Shown here in pieces: positions 21,135 through 31,093 of a DNA stretch of 64,000 nucleotides. This DNA comes from an uncultured delta proteobacterium. Its GTDB lineage: Bacteria > Desulfobacterota > Binatia > Binatales > Binataceae. The translations under genes were made by a program, and so were the position numbers. The first letter of the stretch is position 1, and every line of letters starts with the position of its first letter. The notes under the pieces were generated by a model. It made no database searches. It saw nothing but the letters and a program-made list of their open reading frames with translations, and was not told the DNA's origin. Location: positions 2,656,001 through 2,720,000 of the forward strand of contig CAWJET010000001.1 of the NCBI GenBank assembly GCA_963842085.1, given 5' to 3'.

Positions 21135-21896
21135 ATGATTTTTGCATGGCTCGCATTCTTCGATGCACTGTTGGCGATCGCGATGATTGCGGCGGGAATT
21201 GTGGGCGCGCACTTCTACCTGACTGCGCCGTTCATGGGGTTCCAGCTGTTCGCACTCGGGTTTCTGCTGAGCATCCTGGGTTCGTTCGTGGGCTTCCTCG
21301 CAATTTTCCTGACGCGCAAGCCTCAACTCGCAGCCGGGCGCATTCGCGCATTGGTGGGCACGGTGATTTGCGTGCTTATCGCGCTGCCGTTGATCGTGAC
21401 GGTGCTGCGCAGTTCCAAGTATCCGCCCATCAACGACATTACCACCGATTTCGACAATCCGCCCGAGTTTATCTTTGCGCAGAAGCTGCAGCATGAACCG
21501 AACCGCGACATGAAGTACAACAAGGCGAAGTACGCCGACCGGCAACTGGCCGGTTATGGCCCGATCGGCCCGATCAAGGAACGCCTTTCACCGGCCGACG
21601 CGTTCGCGCGCGTAACCGAGGTCGCGAAGGCTTCGCCGACGTGGACGATTACCTATTCGGATCCGGCCACGAACACGCTCGAGGCGGTCGCGACTTCCAA
21701 GCTGTTCCATTTCCATGACGATGTCGTGATCCAGATCCGGGCGACGCCCGACGGCGCCAGCCTGATCGAGATGCGATCGAAATCGCGCGACGGGATCGGC
21801 GATTTTGGCGTCAATGCGAGGCGTATCCGGCACTTCTTCGATCGCGTGGCACTGGCTCGCGATGCCAACGATCAGACCGCCGGCGATCAGGAATAA
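21135..21896 (+). CDS. DUF1499-family membrane protein
   Basis: Three TM segments, then PPINDITTD..NPP, FHDDVVI, RSKSR.G.GDFGVNARRI. Confidence 0.85.
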   Translation: MIFAWLAFFDALLAIAMIAAGIVGAHFYLTAPFMGFQLFALGFLLSILGSFVGFLAIFLTRKPQLAAGRIRALVGTVICVLIALPLIVTVLRSSKYPPINDITTDFDNPPEFIFAQKLQHEPNRDMKYNKAKYADRQLAGYGPIGPIKERLSPADAFARVTEVAKASPTWTITYSDPATNTLEAVATSKLFHFHDDVVIQIRATPDGASLIEMRSKSRDGIGDFGVNARRIRHFFDRVALARDANDQTAGDQE

Positions 21897-21916
21897 CAGC
21901 CTAAGGGCGTAATGCT

Positions 21917-22855
21917 CTATTGCTTGAGCGCGCGAATCGTCCTCATCACGGCGGCGTTGCGATCTTCGTTGACCGGATTCGTGAACACGCTCGCGGTGCC
22001 GATTCCCGGCGCGCATAACTCCTGCAGGCGCTCGCGCACGCGCGACTCCGAGCCGACCAGCAGGGTCGCGTCGATGAGCTCGTTGCTGACCGCCTTGATG
22101 GCTGCGTCGGCGTCGCGCCCCGCCGCGCGAATAGCCGCGATTTCCCGCTCGAACCCCGAACGCGCCATCATGTTGCCGTAGAACTTCAGCGCGCCGTAGC
22201 GCGACAGGAGCTTGCGCGCGGGTCGGCGCGCGGCTTCGAGGTCATCGGAAATAAACGCGGTCGCAAAGAGAGTCGCCTCGATCTGTTTGACGTCGCGCCC
22301 GGCGACCTTCGCGCCCTCGGCCAACTCGCCGAGGGCTTCCTTCACTCGCGCCGGTGGAAAGAAGTTGAAGATGACGCCGTCACCGATTTCGCCGGCCAGC
22401 TTCACCATCGGGCGCGACACGCCCGCCAGGTAAAGTGGCAGCTTGACGCTGACGCGCGGCCCGGTCTTGCCGCCTTCGAGCGCGGCGCGGAGCGTCTTCA
22501 CCGTTTCGCGCATCCGGGCCAGCGGCACGCCCATGTCGATTCCGAGGGCGGAATTGCCCTCGCGATGGCCCGTGCCGAGGCCCAGGATGAATCTGCCGCC
22601 GGTAAACTCCTGGACTGCCGCGGCTTCATTGGCAAGCAGATTCGGATGGCGCAGATAAATGTTCGTAATCGCGGTGCCGAGTTTGATGCGCTTGGTGTGT
22701 AGTCCGAGCGCGAGCGAGCATGCCAGCGAATCGTTATTTGCCTCGGTCATGAAGACGCCGGAAAAGCCCGCGTCCTCGGCCGCTCGTGCCCATTCGATCA
22801 GGCGCGCCGGCGGGCTATCGGGAAGTATCGTGCAGGCAAGAGCAATTTTGGCCAT
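21917..22855 (-). CDS. LLM-class flavin/F420-dependent oxidoreductase
   Basis: AEDAGF, T.RIKLGTAI, GRFILGLGTG. Confidence 0.85.
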   Translation of the reverse strand: MAKIALACTILPDSPPARLIEWARAAEDAGFSGVFMTEANNDSLACSLALGLHTKRIKLGTAITNIYLRHPNLLANEAAAVQEFTGGRFILGLGTGHREGNSALGIDMGVPLARMRETVKTLRAALEGGKTGPRVSVKLPLYLAGVSRPMVKLAGEIGDGVIFNFFPPARVKEALGELAEGAKVAGRDVKQIEATLFATAFISDDLEAARRPARKLLSRYGALKFYGNMMARSGFEREIAAIRAAGRDADAAIKAVSNELIDATLLVGSESRVRERLQELCAPGIGTASVFTNPVNEDRNAAVMRTIRALKQ

Positions 22856-23051
22856 GAGAAAAATTCCTTTCGTACGATTTGAGGCGACACTTTCATCCAG
22901 CGGCGGTTTCCGTCAAGCCGTATGGCGCTGGAAACGGACCGGCCGCGGTCGCTGGACATTTTTGACTATCAAATCTACAGATAAAACATCGCTAACGATG
23001 GGGCCGTTTTCCCTTTTCACAGGGTCACATCTCAACCTGGAGGACGAGTCG

Positions 23052-23465
23052 ATGAAACGAATTGCAGTGGCATTGCTCACGACAAGTATGCTGATGAGCG
23101 CGGCAAGTGCGGGATTTGCTCTATCAACGGCCGGTCTCGAAGAGGCATTCGTGGACGCCGTCGGAACCTGCGGTCCTTCGAGCAAGATCGCGGGCTTACT
23201 TGGCGAGAGCAACGATCCTGCGGTGAAGATCGCGCTTCGCAATGCTCTGATTATTGAGGCTGCCGACGATGCTGCCGTTGTCGCGGGTTCCAGCAAGGAG
23301 CACAGCGACTGCATCAGGAAGGAACTAAAGGCGCGCGGATATTCTGACAACGATCTGGAAGCGCTGCCCTATTGCGTTAAGAACGATTGGCCGAGTCCAT
23401 TCACGAGCCTCGGCGTGTGCGTACAGAGTCACAGCCGTCTTGAGGGCGCGATGAAGAAAAAATAG
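23052..23465 (+). CDS. Secreted hypothetical protein with 4 Cys
   Basis: GGAGG RBS; signal peptide MKRIAVALL...AGFA. Confidence 0.7.
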   Translation: MKRIAVALLTTSMLMSAASAGFALSTAGLEEAFVDAVGTCGPSSKIAGLLGESNDPAVKIALRNALIIEAADDAAVVAGSSKEHSDCIRKELKARGYSDNDLEALPYCVKNDWPSPFTSLGVCVQSHSRLEGAMKKK

Positions 23466-23491
23466 CCGCGCAGATCGCTTGTGGCAAAGGC

Positions 23492-23528
23492 CGGCGCGTT
23501 TCCTCCGGGGGAGCGCGCCGTGCTTTTA
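23492..23528 (+). terminator. Putative intrinsic terminator
   Basis: CGGCGCGTTTCCT-CCG-GGGGAGCGCGCCG hairpin followed by TGCTTTT. Confidence 0.5.
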
Positions 23529-23590
23529 GTCGGCTGCGCCTACCCTGCCGTTTTGCGGACGCGAGGACAACTGATAGTTGATTTTATGCG

Positions 23591-24295
23591 ATGTTTTCAG
23601 ATCGTTTTCTCAGACTTTTCGCGTTCCCGCTCGCGCTGGGCGGAATGCTGATTGTCGGGTTCGTCTCCCTTCTTATCGGCTGCGCGAGCGAAGTAAAAAA
23701 ATTGCCGATCACCTATATCCCACAGCAGAACGTGCAGGCGATTAAGGGCGCCGACGCTGTTCCGGTAGAAGTCACAGTTGAGGATCTACAGCCTGACGAA
23801 TACGGGTCGCCTTTGGAGTCGCTCAAATCGAACCAAACGCGTTTCCATGTGGAAGATGCGGCGGAAACCGTGAAAGAGGCAGCCGAGACCGAGTTGAAAG
23901 CGCGCCGGTTTAAGATCGCTAGCGGCGGCGCATTGGTCACTATCCAGCTCTATCGATTCGCGGGACAGAGCGAAATCGGCGGCGCGTTGGGACTCACCGT
24001 GACAGCGCGAGGCTATTTTTCGATGCGGGTTCAGGTTCAGCCGCAAAATGGCAAAGTTCTGTTTTCAAGAAACGTCGGAGCAGAAGCCGATCCAATTAGC
24101 GGAACGCCCTTTACTCTCGGGCGCCATCCTGTCACGCACCAGCTTCAGGAAACGCTCGCTGAAGCGCTCAGGGGACTATTTGCTGATCCTGCGTTCACGG
24201 CTGCGATCCTTGCTGCACGTCAGCCGCCTCCCGCGAAGCCGGCCGTCAGTCCAGTCCGTACCGCCGCCGCTTACGCCACAAGGTGGCGACGTTGA
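23591..24295 (+). CDS. YajG-like lipoprotein
   Basis: Lipobox LIGC; alpha/beta body ending ..ALRGLFADPAF..; the C-terminal tail overlaps the convergent gene. Confidence 0.65.
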   Translation: MFSDRFLRLFAFPLALGGMLIVGFVSLLIGCASEVKKLPITYIPQQNVQAIKGADAVPVEVTVEDLQPDEYGSPLESLKSNQTRFHVEDAAETVKEAAETELKARRFKIASGGALVTIQLYRFAGQSEIGGALGLTVTARGYFSMRVQVQPQNGKVLFSRNVGAEADPISGTPFTLGRHPVTHQLQETLAEALRGLFADPAFTAAILAARQPPPAKPAVSPVRTAAAYATRWRR

Positions 24296-25574
24296 TGCCG
24301 AGCATCTCGGCCGCCTCTTCCAGCGTCATCGCCTGCTCGAGCACCACTTCGATATGCCGGCGCTCCATCTGCTCCAGCGTATTGCTGTGATCGAGCTTGC
24401 CGGGCGAGGCGAGGATCTTGTCCGGCAGGTCGCTCAGGTTGATCGTCTCTCCGCGGCTCAGGATCACAGCGCGTTCCATCACGTTGCGCAGCTCGCGGAT
24501 ATTGCCCGGCCATGAGTAGGCGACCAGCGCTTCGCGCGCCTCGGGTGCGAGCGAATGAGCGGGCTTGTGATGCGTCTGGGCTGCTTGCGCCGCGAAGTGC
24601 TCCGCCAGCTTCAGGATTTCTCCCGGCCTGTCGCGCAAAGCCGGTACCTGCAATTCGATCACGTTGAGGCGGTAGTAGAGATCTTCGCGGAAGCGCTTTT
24701 CCTTGACCAATTGTTCGAGATGCTGATTGGTTGCCGCGATTATCCGCGCATTCACTTTGATCGTCTGCGCGCCGCCCACGCGCTCGAACGTCCGCTCCTG
24801 CAGGAAGCGCAGCAGCTTGGATTGAACCACCGGCGTCAGGTCGCCAATCTCGTCGAGCAAGACGGTTCCGCCTTCGGCCGCTTCCAGACGGCCGGGCTTG
24901 TCCTTGATCGCGCCCGTAAAGGAACCGCGCACGTGTCCAAAGAGTTCGCTCTCCAGCAGATGCTCGCTGAGCGTCGTGCACGCGACCTGTACAAACGGCC
25001 CGTCTTTGCGCGGGCTCAAGCGGTGGATGTACGACGCCAGCATGCTCTTGCCGGTGCCGCTTTCGCCGGTGATCAAAGCGGTTGCGTCGCTGTCGGCCAC
25101 CTGCGCCGCGGTCTCCGCGAGCTTTCGCGAATGCGGACTGTAGGTGAGGAACGGTTCGGGTTCGATCAGGCTCTCGATCCGATCGCGCAGCACCCTGTTC
25201 TCGGCGCGCAGTTCCTGCACTTCGAGAGCGCGCGCGACGACATGCACAATATGGTCGGCCGTGAACGGCTTGGTCACGTAGTCGTACGCCCCTTGGCGCA
25301 TCGCCTCGACCGCGTCGGGAATCGAGCCAAACGCCGTCATCATTACGACCGGAAGCGCAGGGTTGAGCCGCTTGATCGATTCGAGCAGCTTCAAACCGCC
25401 CATCCCTTCCATTCGGACATCGGAGACCACTACCGCAGGGGCCGATTGCCCGAGCAATTCCAGCGCGCGCTCCGCGCTTTCCGCCACGGTCACTTGATGA
25501 CTTGCGGATTCAAGGCTCGCCGCGAGAGTGCGGCGGATATTGCGGTCGTCATCGACGACAAGAATGTTAGCCAA
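24246..25574 (-). CDS. Sigma54-dependent response regulator (REC-AAA-HTH, NtrC/AlgB-like)
   Basis: ILVVDDD, SDVRM, GESGTGKS, ESELFGHVRGSFTGA, WPGNIREL, C-terminal HTH. Confidence 0.93.
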   Translation of the reverse strand: MANILVVDDDRNIRRTLAASLESASHQVTVAESAERALELLGQSAPAVVVSDVRMEGMGGLKLLESIKRLNPALPVVMMTAFGSIPDAVEAMRQGAYDYVTKPFTADHIVHVVARALEVQELRAENRVLRDRIESLIEPEPFLTYSPHSRKLAETAAQVADSDATALITGESGTGKSMLASYIHRLSPRKDGPFVQVACTTLSEHLLESELFGHVRGSFTGAIKDKPGRLEAAEGGTVLLDEIGDLTPVVQSKLLRFLQERTFERVGGAQTIKVNARIIAATNQHLEQLVKEKRFREDLYYRLNVIELQVPALRDRPGEILKLAEHFAAQAAQTHHKPAHSLAPEAREALVAYSWPGNIRELRNVMERAVILSRGETINLSDLPDKILASPGKLDHSNTLEQMERRHIEVVLEQAMTLEEAAEMLGINVATLWRKRRRYGLD

Positions 25575-25656
25575 GCATTGCCCCGGTTAGATGGACGACT
25601 TTCATTCTACCGCTCGATAGGCAGGCCGCATCAAGAGTCAAGCGCGTTTCTTGTTA

Positions 25657-25761
25657 TTGCAAATTGCATGACCGCATCCTCTCAAGCCATTGCGGTTAGC
25701 ACGTTAAAATTCATAAAGCTCACGCAGATGGCGCAAAATCATTGCGGTCTGCATCTTGCAG
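25657..25761. promoter_or_regulatory. Cluster of TGCA-N3-TGCA / CATTGCGGT repeats (candidate regulator sites)
   Basis: TTGCAAATTGCAT at 25657, CTGCATCTTGCAG at 25749; direct repeat CATTGCGGTTAGCAC at 25688 and CATTGCGGTCTGCAT at 25740. Confidence 0.4.
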
Positions 25762-25815
25762 CTTGAAATGCCGCTTTCGCCGATGTTTTCGGCGTTGGCG
25801 TGGGAGATTTTATAC

Positions 25816-27858
25816 TTGGCAGCCACTCCAAAAGTCCTGGGCGCCGAGCGGTCTCAGCCGCAGGCGACCTTCGGCAAACAAACCAAAGCAATCGTAGTAA
25901 CCACCGGGATGCTCGCCTTTATCTCGTTCTGGCGAGCGTCGGCGGTAGTCCTGTGCGATCTTGCCTCGACAGCCTACTACATCGGCGGCATCGTCGAGCA
26001 GGCCTGCGGCCGCTCCGCCCCGTATTTCATTCTCGCCGTCATGCTGTTCTCGTACGCGGTGCGCGCTGTGTACGTAGAGTCGTGCTCGATGTTCACGCGC
26101 GGGGGTGTCTATCGCGTCGTCAAGGAAGCGATGGGCTCGACGCTGGCAAAGATCTCGGTGTCGGCGCTGATGTTCGACTACATCCTGACCGGGCCGATCA
26201 GCGGGGTCTCGGCCGGCCAATACCTGGTCGGTCTGATCAACGAACTGCTTAAGCTGGCGCACTTGAGCGTGGTTCTGCCGGCGGATTTCTCGGCCGCCTT
26301 CTTCGCCATTGCCGTGACCGCATATTTCTGGCGTCAGAACATTCTTGGCATTGAGGAATCGAGCGGCAAGGCGATGCGGATCATGCAGGTCACGACCGTG
26401 ATGGCCGTGCTGATGATTGTATGGTGCGGGCTGACGATTTACCTGCGCGGTGCGCATCTGCCGCCGTTGGAATTGAAGTTCACCGACGACTCGCTCGGAT
26501 GGCTGAAGCACTTTCCCGGCGCGCGCACCATCGGCGCGCTTGGCATCCTGATCGCGTTTGGTCATTCGGTCCTGGCGATGTCGGGTGAGGAATCTCTGGC
26601 ACAGATCAATCGCGAGATCGAGGCGCCCAAGCTCAAGAATCTCCTGCGCACCGGCCTGGTGATCTTCATTTACAGCCTGCTGCTGACCTCGCTGGTGTCG
26701 TTTTTCGCCGTCATGATCATCCCGGACAGCGCCCGCATGTCGAACTACGGCGACGATCTGATCGGCGGGCTCGCGATGTTCATGGTCGGGCCGCTGTGGG
26801 CGAGGATCGCGCTGCGCGCGTTTGTCGTGTTCGTCGGATTCCTGATTCTGGCCGGCGCCGTCAACACCGCGATCGTCGGCTCGACCGGCGTGCTGACCCG
26901 CGTCGCGGAAGACGGCGTGCTGCTCGACTGGTTCCGCCATCCGCACAAGAAATACGGCACCAATTATCGCATCGTGAATATGGTCGCGATGCTCCAAATC
27001 GCTACGATCGTGCTCTCGCGCGGCGACATGTTCGTGCTGGGCGAGGCGTACGCGTTCGGCGTCATCTGGAGCTTCGTATTCAAGACGCTCTCCGTGCTGA
27101 TTCTGCGCTACAAGGATCGGTACCATCGGTTGTGGAGGGTGCCGCTGAACCTGACCTGGTTCCGGCCCGGAGGCAAGGACTTTCCGCTGGGTCTCGCGTT
27201 GACGTTTACCGTTTTGTTTGCGACCGCAATCATCAACCTGTTCACCAAGCAGGTGGCGACGATCTCGGGCGTCGGCTTCACGCTTGCGCTGTTCCTGATC
27301 TTCGAGATCTCGGAAAAGATCAACGGCCAGGCCGAGCACGCCTACGGCGAGGAGCCCGAGAAGTTCAATCTGCAACTGGTCGAGGAGGACCAGATCGATC
27401 CGATTCACCTCGGCCTGTTCGCCACGGCGAAGAAACTGATTGCGATCCGCGATCCCAACAATCTCGCGCACCTGCATCGCTACCTGTCCGAGCGCGATGA
27501 CGCCGAGCTGATTGCGCTGACCGTGCGCACCGAGAAGGGACTTGCTTCCAGCGACGGCGGTCAAATCTTCAGCGACGCCGAAGGAAAGCTGTTCAGCAAG
27601 GTCGTCAAGGTATGCGAGGATCATGGCCGTGCGGTAACGCCGCTGGTGGTGGTTTCAAACGACCAGGTCTATGCGATCGCCCGCATGGCGTATCTTCTCG
27701 GCGTCGATGAAGTCGTGATGGGCGTGTCCGCGCGCTTCAACCCCGACGTCCAGCTCGAGAACTTCGCGATGCATTGGGGATCGCTCGGCGATTCCGACGA
27801 GCATCACGTCAACGTGCGCGTGCTCTCCGACCAGCAGGACATCCGCGCCGAAATCTGA
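25816..27858 (+). CDS. APC-superfamily permease with cytoplasmic USP-like C-terminal domain (KimA/YdaO-like, possibly K+ uptake)
   Basis: About 12 TM segments; DLASTAYY, GGVYRVVKE, SGEES. Start set at TTG 25816, which follows GGGAG. Confidence 0.8.
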   Translation: MAATPKVLGAERSQPQATFGKQTKAIVVTTGMLAFISFWRASAVVLCDLASTAYYIGGIVEQACGRSAPYFILAVMLFSYAVRAVYVESCSMFTRGGVYRVVKEAMGSTLAKISVSALMFDYILTGPISGVSAGQYLVGLINELLKLAHLSVVLPADFSAAFFAIAVTAYFWRQNILGIEESSGKAMRIMQVTTVMAVLMIVWCGLTIYLRGAHLPPLELKFTDDSLGWLKHFPGARTIGALGILIAFGHSVLAMSGEESLAQINREIEAPKLKNLLRTGLVIFIYSLLLTSLVSFFAVMIIPDSARMSNYGDDLIGGLAMFMVGPLWARIALRAFVVFVGFLILAGAVNTAIVGSTGVLTRVAEDGVLLDWFRHPHKKYGTNYRIVNMVAMLQIATIVLSRGDMFVLGEAYAFGVIWSFVFKTLSVLILRYKDRYHRLWRVPLNLTWFRPGGKDFPLGLALTFTVLFATAIINLFTKQVATISGVGFTLALFLIFEISEKINGQAEHAYGEEPEKFNLQLVEEDQIDPIHLGLFATAKKLIAIRDPNNLAHLHRYLSERDDAELIALTVRTEKGLASSDGGQIFSDAEGKLFSKVVKVCEDHGRAVTPLVVVSNDQVYAIARMAYLLGVDEVVMGVSARFNPDVQLENFAMHWGSLGDSDEHHVNVRVLSDQQDIRAEI

Positions 27859-27935
27859 CTCGCTATTCCGCCATCTTCCGGCCTGCCTTGGGTGGCGATG
27901 CGACACCGGCTATGATCGCTGTTCTGGATGGAGCG

Positions 27936-28556
27936 ATGATCGCAATCGTCGATTACAAGGCAGGCAACCTGACCAGCGTTCAGCGCGCGCTCGAATTCCT
28001 CGGTCATAAATCCGAGATAACCGACCGCGCCGAGCGCATCGCCGCCGCTGATCGCGTGATCCTGCCCGGGGTCGGAGCGGCCGGCGCCACGATGGAAAAT
28101 CTGCGCGCGCTCGGACTGGCCGAAGTTCTCCGCAATAACGTTGCCCGCGCCGGCAAACCGTTCCTGGGCATATGCATCGGTATCCAGGTCCTGCTCGATC
28201 GCAGCGAAGAGGACGGCGCCGATTGCCTCGGCATCATCGCCGGCCGTGTCGCGCGCTACCCGCGCTCGATCGACGGCCGGCCGCTCAAGGTCCCGCAAAT
28301 CGGATGGAACCGCGTGCGCCAGACCCGGCCGCATCGAGTCTTCGCCGGCGTGCCTGACAACACCCATTTCTATTTCGTCAATTCGTACTACCCGATTCCC
28401 GACGATCCTTCGCTCGCGATTGCAGTGTCCGACTACGGAATCGCGTTCACCGCGGCGTTCGCGCGCGACAACGTGCTCGCGACGCAATTCCATCTCGAAA
28501 AGAGCGGCGCCGCCGGCCTCAAGCTGCTGGACAACTTCTGCCGGCTGGGTTGCTGA
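27936..28556 (+). CDS. hisH: Imidazole glycerol phosphate synthase glutaminase subunit
   Basis: [25 protein letters not shown]. Confidence 0.95.
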   Translation: MIAIVDYKAGNLTSVQRALEFLGHKSEITDRAERIAAADRVILPGVGAAGATMENLRALGLAEVLRNNVARAGKPFLGICIGIQVLLDRSEEDGADCLGIIAGRVARYPRSIDGRPLKVPQIGWNRVRQTRPHRVFAGVPDNTHFYFVNSYYPIPDDPSLAIAVSDYGIAFTAAFARDNVLATQFHLEKSGAAGLKLLDNFCRLGC

Positions 28557-28558
28557 CA

Positions 28559-29359
28559 ATGCTCGCGAAACGAATCATCCCGTGCCTAGACGTCCGCGAC
28601 GGCAAGGTCACCAAGGGCGTGCGCTTCCTTGAGAATGTCGACGTGGGCGATCCGGTGGCGATGGCGCGTTACTACTATAATGAAGGCGCCGACGAGATCG
28701 TCTTCTACGATATTACCGCATCCAACGAGCGCCGCGGCATCATGCTCGACGTGGTGCGGGCGGTCGCGTGCGAAATCTTCATACCCTTCAGCGTTGGCGG
28801 CGGAATTCGCACCCTCGAAGACATGCGCGCCGTGCTGCTCGCGGGCGCCGAGAAAGTCTCGATCGATTCCGGCGCGGTTCGCAATCCCGCGCTAATCTCC
28901 GAGGGCGCGCGCGCGTTCGGCAGCCAGTGCGTAGTGCTCTCGATGCAGGTGAAAAAAACCGGCGCCCGTCCCGAAGTGCCGACCGGTTACGAGGTCGTGA
29001 TCGACGGCGGCCGCCATCCCACCGGCCGCGACGCGCTGGCATGGTCGCTCGAGGGCGAGCGGCTCGGCGCCGGCGAGCTGTGCATCAACTCGATCGATCG
29101 CGACGGCACCAAGCTCGGTTACGATCTCGAGATCACGCGGCGTGTCAGCGAAGCCGTTTCGATCCCGGTGATCGCGTCCGGCGGCGCCGGCGAACCGGCG
29201 CATCTGCGCGACGCGTTCACCACCGGCCTGGCCGACGCCGCTATTGTCGCGTCCATCGTTCATTACGGAGAGCATCCGATACCCGCGCTGAAGTCATATC
29301 TCAAAAGCAACGGCGTCGAGATTCGCGACGCCGTCACCATCGACCTGGCGCCGCGGTGA
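28559..29359 (+). CDS. hisF: Imidazole glycerol phosphate synthase cyclase subunit
   Basis: [29 protein letters not shown]. Confidence 0.97.
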   Translation: MLAKRIIPCLDVRDGKVTKGVRFLENVDVGDPVAMARYYYNEGADEIVFYDITASNERRGIMLDVVRAVACEIFIPFSVGGGIRTLEDMRAVLLAGAEKVSIDSGAVRNPALISEGARAFGSQCVVLSMQVKKTGARPEVPTGYEVVIDGGRHPTGRDALAWSLEGERLGAGELCINSIDRDGTKLGYDLEITRRVSEAVSIPVIASGGAGEPAHLRDAFTTGLADAAIVASIVHYGEHPIPALKSYLKSNGVEIRDAVTIDLAPR

Positions 29360-29769
29360 AAATCGCGTTCGTAGTTTCGGAGTTCAACTCCGAGGTGACC
29401 ACGCCGATGGAACAGGGGGCGCGCCGCCACGCCGAGTCGCTGGGAGTCGAGGTCGCGCGCGTGGTCCGCGTCCCCGGCGTCTACGACATGGGCCCGGTCG
29501 TAAAGGCTCTGCTGCAGCGCAAGGAAATCGAAGGCGTCGTGATGATCGGCGCGGTGATCAAGGGCGAGACCGGGCACGACGAGCTGATCTCGCACGCCAT
29601 CGCCGGCGCCGGCATCCGGCTCTCGATCGAATTCGACAAGCCGGTCGGCCTCGCCATCACCGGCCCCGGCATGACCGACGAGCAGGCCGTGGCGCGAATC
29701 GACAACGCCAAAAACGGCGTCGAGGCCGTCGTCCGTGTCGCGCGCGCGCTCAAGGAAATCCGCGGCTAG
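29356..29769 (+). CDS. ribH: 6,7-dimethyl-8-ribityllumazine synthase, archaeal-type
   Basis: [37 protein letters not shown]; GTG start overlaps the hisF stop. Confidence 0.88.
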   Translation: MKIAFVVSEFNSEVTTPMEQGARRHAESLGVEVARVVRVPGVYDMGPVVKALLQRKEIEGVVMIGAVIKGETGHDELISHAIAGAGIRLSIEFDKPVGLAITGPGMTDEQAVARIDNAKNGVEAVVRVARALKEIRG

Positions 29770-29813
29770 CTCACGGGCGCTCCACAGGTGTTGAGAAACC
29801 GCGCCGCCCCTCG

Positions 29814-29842
29814 TTGAGAGCATGCGCCCGACTGCTTATACT
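29814..29842 (+). promoter_or_regulatory. Sigma70-type promoter
   Basis: TTGAGA-N17-TATACT immediately upstream of the MerR-TPR gene. Confidence 0.55.
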
Positions 29843-29850
29843 CCTCGACG

Positions 29851-30684
29851 TTGGTGGTGAAGATGTTAGAGGCGGGCGGCGGGGCCGAGACTTTTTCCAC
29901 GCGCACGGCGGCGAGAATTCTCGCGGTCACGCCTGAGCGCATTCGCTACTGGGTCAAGCGCAACCTTGTGCGTCCGCTCAATTCAGGCGGCCGCAAGTAT
30001 CGTTTCGCGTTCAACGATCTGCTCGAGATGCGCCTGGCCAAGGAGTTGCTCGGCACCCGCCAGCATATCGATCCGATCCAACGATGCCTCGAGCGGGTGC
30101 GCACGCTCGTCGATCCCGACCGCTCGGTCACCTCGCTGAAACTTGTCAACGACGAAGGCCGTATCGTCGTGCGCGACGGTCCGTCGCTGATCGAGGCCGA
30201 GACGGGACAGTTGATCTTCGACTTCGAGCGCAGCTATCAGCCCGGCAAGGTCGAGGACAGTTTCGGGCCCGCCCGCGTGCGCGAGCGTTTCGAGGAGGCG
30301 CGCCGAATTGCCGACGAGGATCCGCTCCGCGCGCTCACCATTTACAGCGAACTCGTCGGCCGCGAGCCCGGCAACTTCGGGGCGCATCTGCGCCTCGCCA
30401 CGCTGCTCGAGCGCGAGGGCGACCTGGCCGGCGCTCTGCGCCATCTGCTCGGCGCGGCGACGATTGTTCCCGCCAGCGCCGACGTGCATCTGAAGCTAGG
30501 CCTGCTCTACCGCAAGAAGGACGAGCATCAGAATGCGCTGCGAAGTTTTTTGCGCACGCTCGAATGCGACCCCGCCAACGTTGAGGCCCATCGCAACGCC
30601 GCCGAGATGTACGAGGCGATGGGCCGCAAACGCGACTCGCAGCGCCATCTGAGCGCCATTCATCGTCTGATCAAAGGCGACTGA
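29851..30684 (+). CDS. MerR-type HTH protein with C-terminal TPR repeats
   Basis: FSTRTAARILAVTPERIRYWVKRNLV..P; ETGQLIFDF; TPR patterns such as HLKLGLLY and AHRNAAEMY. Confidence 0.8.
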   Translation: MVVKMLEAGGGAETFSTRTAARILAVTPERIRYWVKRNLVRPLNSGGRKYRFAFNDLLEMRLAKELLGTRQHIDPIQRCLERVRTLVDPDRSVTSLKLVNDEGRIVVRDGPSLIEAETGQLIFDFERSYQPGKVEDSFGPARVRERFEEARRIADEDPLRALTIYSELVGREPGNFGAHLRLATLLEREGDLAGALRHLLGAATIVPASADVHLKLGLLYRKKDEHQNALRSFLRTLECDPANVEAHRNAAEMYEAMGRKRDSQRHLSAIHRLIKGD

Positions 30685-30754
30685 TCGCGCGCAGCGCCGC
30701 CGCGCTCGCGCCGCGTGTTGAATGACCGCAACCCGCGGCGATAAGCTCGCTCGT

Positions 30755-31093
30755 ATGCCCCGCGATTCGCTGAAACCGATCGACATCCTGCGCCACGAGT
30801 TGAAAGCGTTGCGCTTCATCCTGGACAACTATCACTCGGGCAAACTCGGCGCCGAGGGGCTTCCGCCGCGCGAGGATTTCCAGTCCGCGCAAGGCCGCGC
30901 GCTCTACGATTCGATCGTCAATTCTCCCGACCGCGATGCCGCCGAGCGTGCGATCGCGAAGCTCGAGCTGGACGACGTTGACCTCGATTCGTTCCTGCGC
31001 CTGAGCGGCGAGCACTACTACAGCTATCCAGCGCTTGTCCGCGAGCGCGCCGCTGCCATCCGCACGGGTAAGCTGACGGTCGAGGGCCCGTGA
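30755..31093 (+). CDS. Hypothetical protein
   Basis: Host-like codon usage; coupled to the next ORF through a GTGA overlap. Confidence 0.65.
   Translation: MPRDSLKPIDILRHELKALRFILDNYHSGKLGAEGLPPREDFQSAQGRALYDSIVNSPDRDAAERAIAKLELDDVDLDSFLRLSGEHYYSYPALVRERAAAIRTGKLTVEGP

Noticed and set aside
25575-25815. c-di-AMP (ydaO) riboswitch or canonical sigma54 promoter upstream of the KimA-like gene
   Set aside because: No recognisable riboswitch core; the TGGCGC..TTGC candidate has 12 rather than 10 nt between GG and GC.
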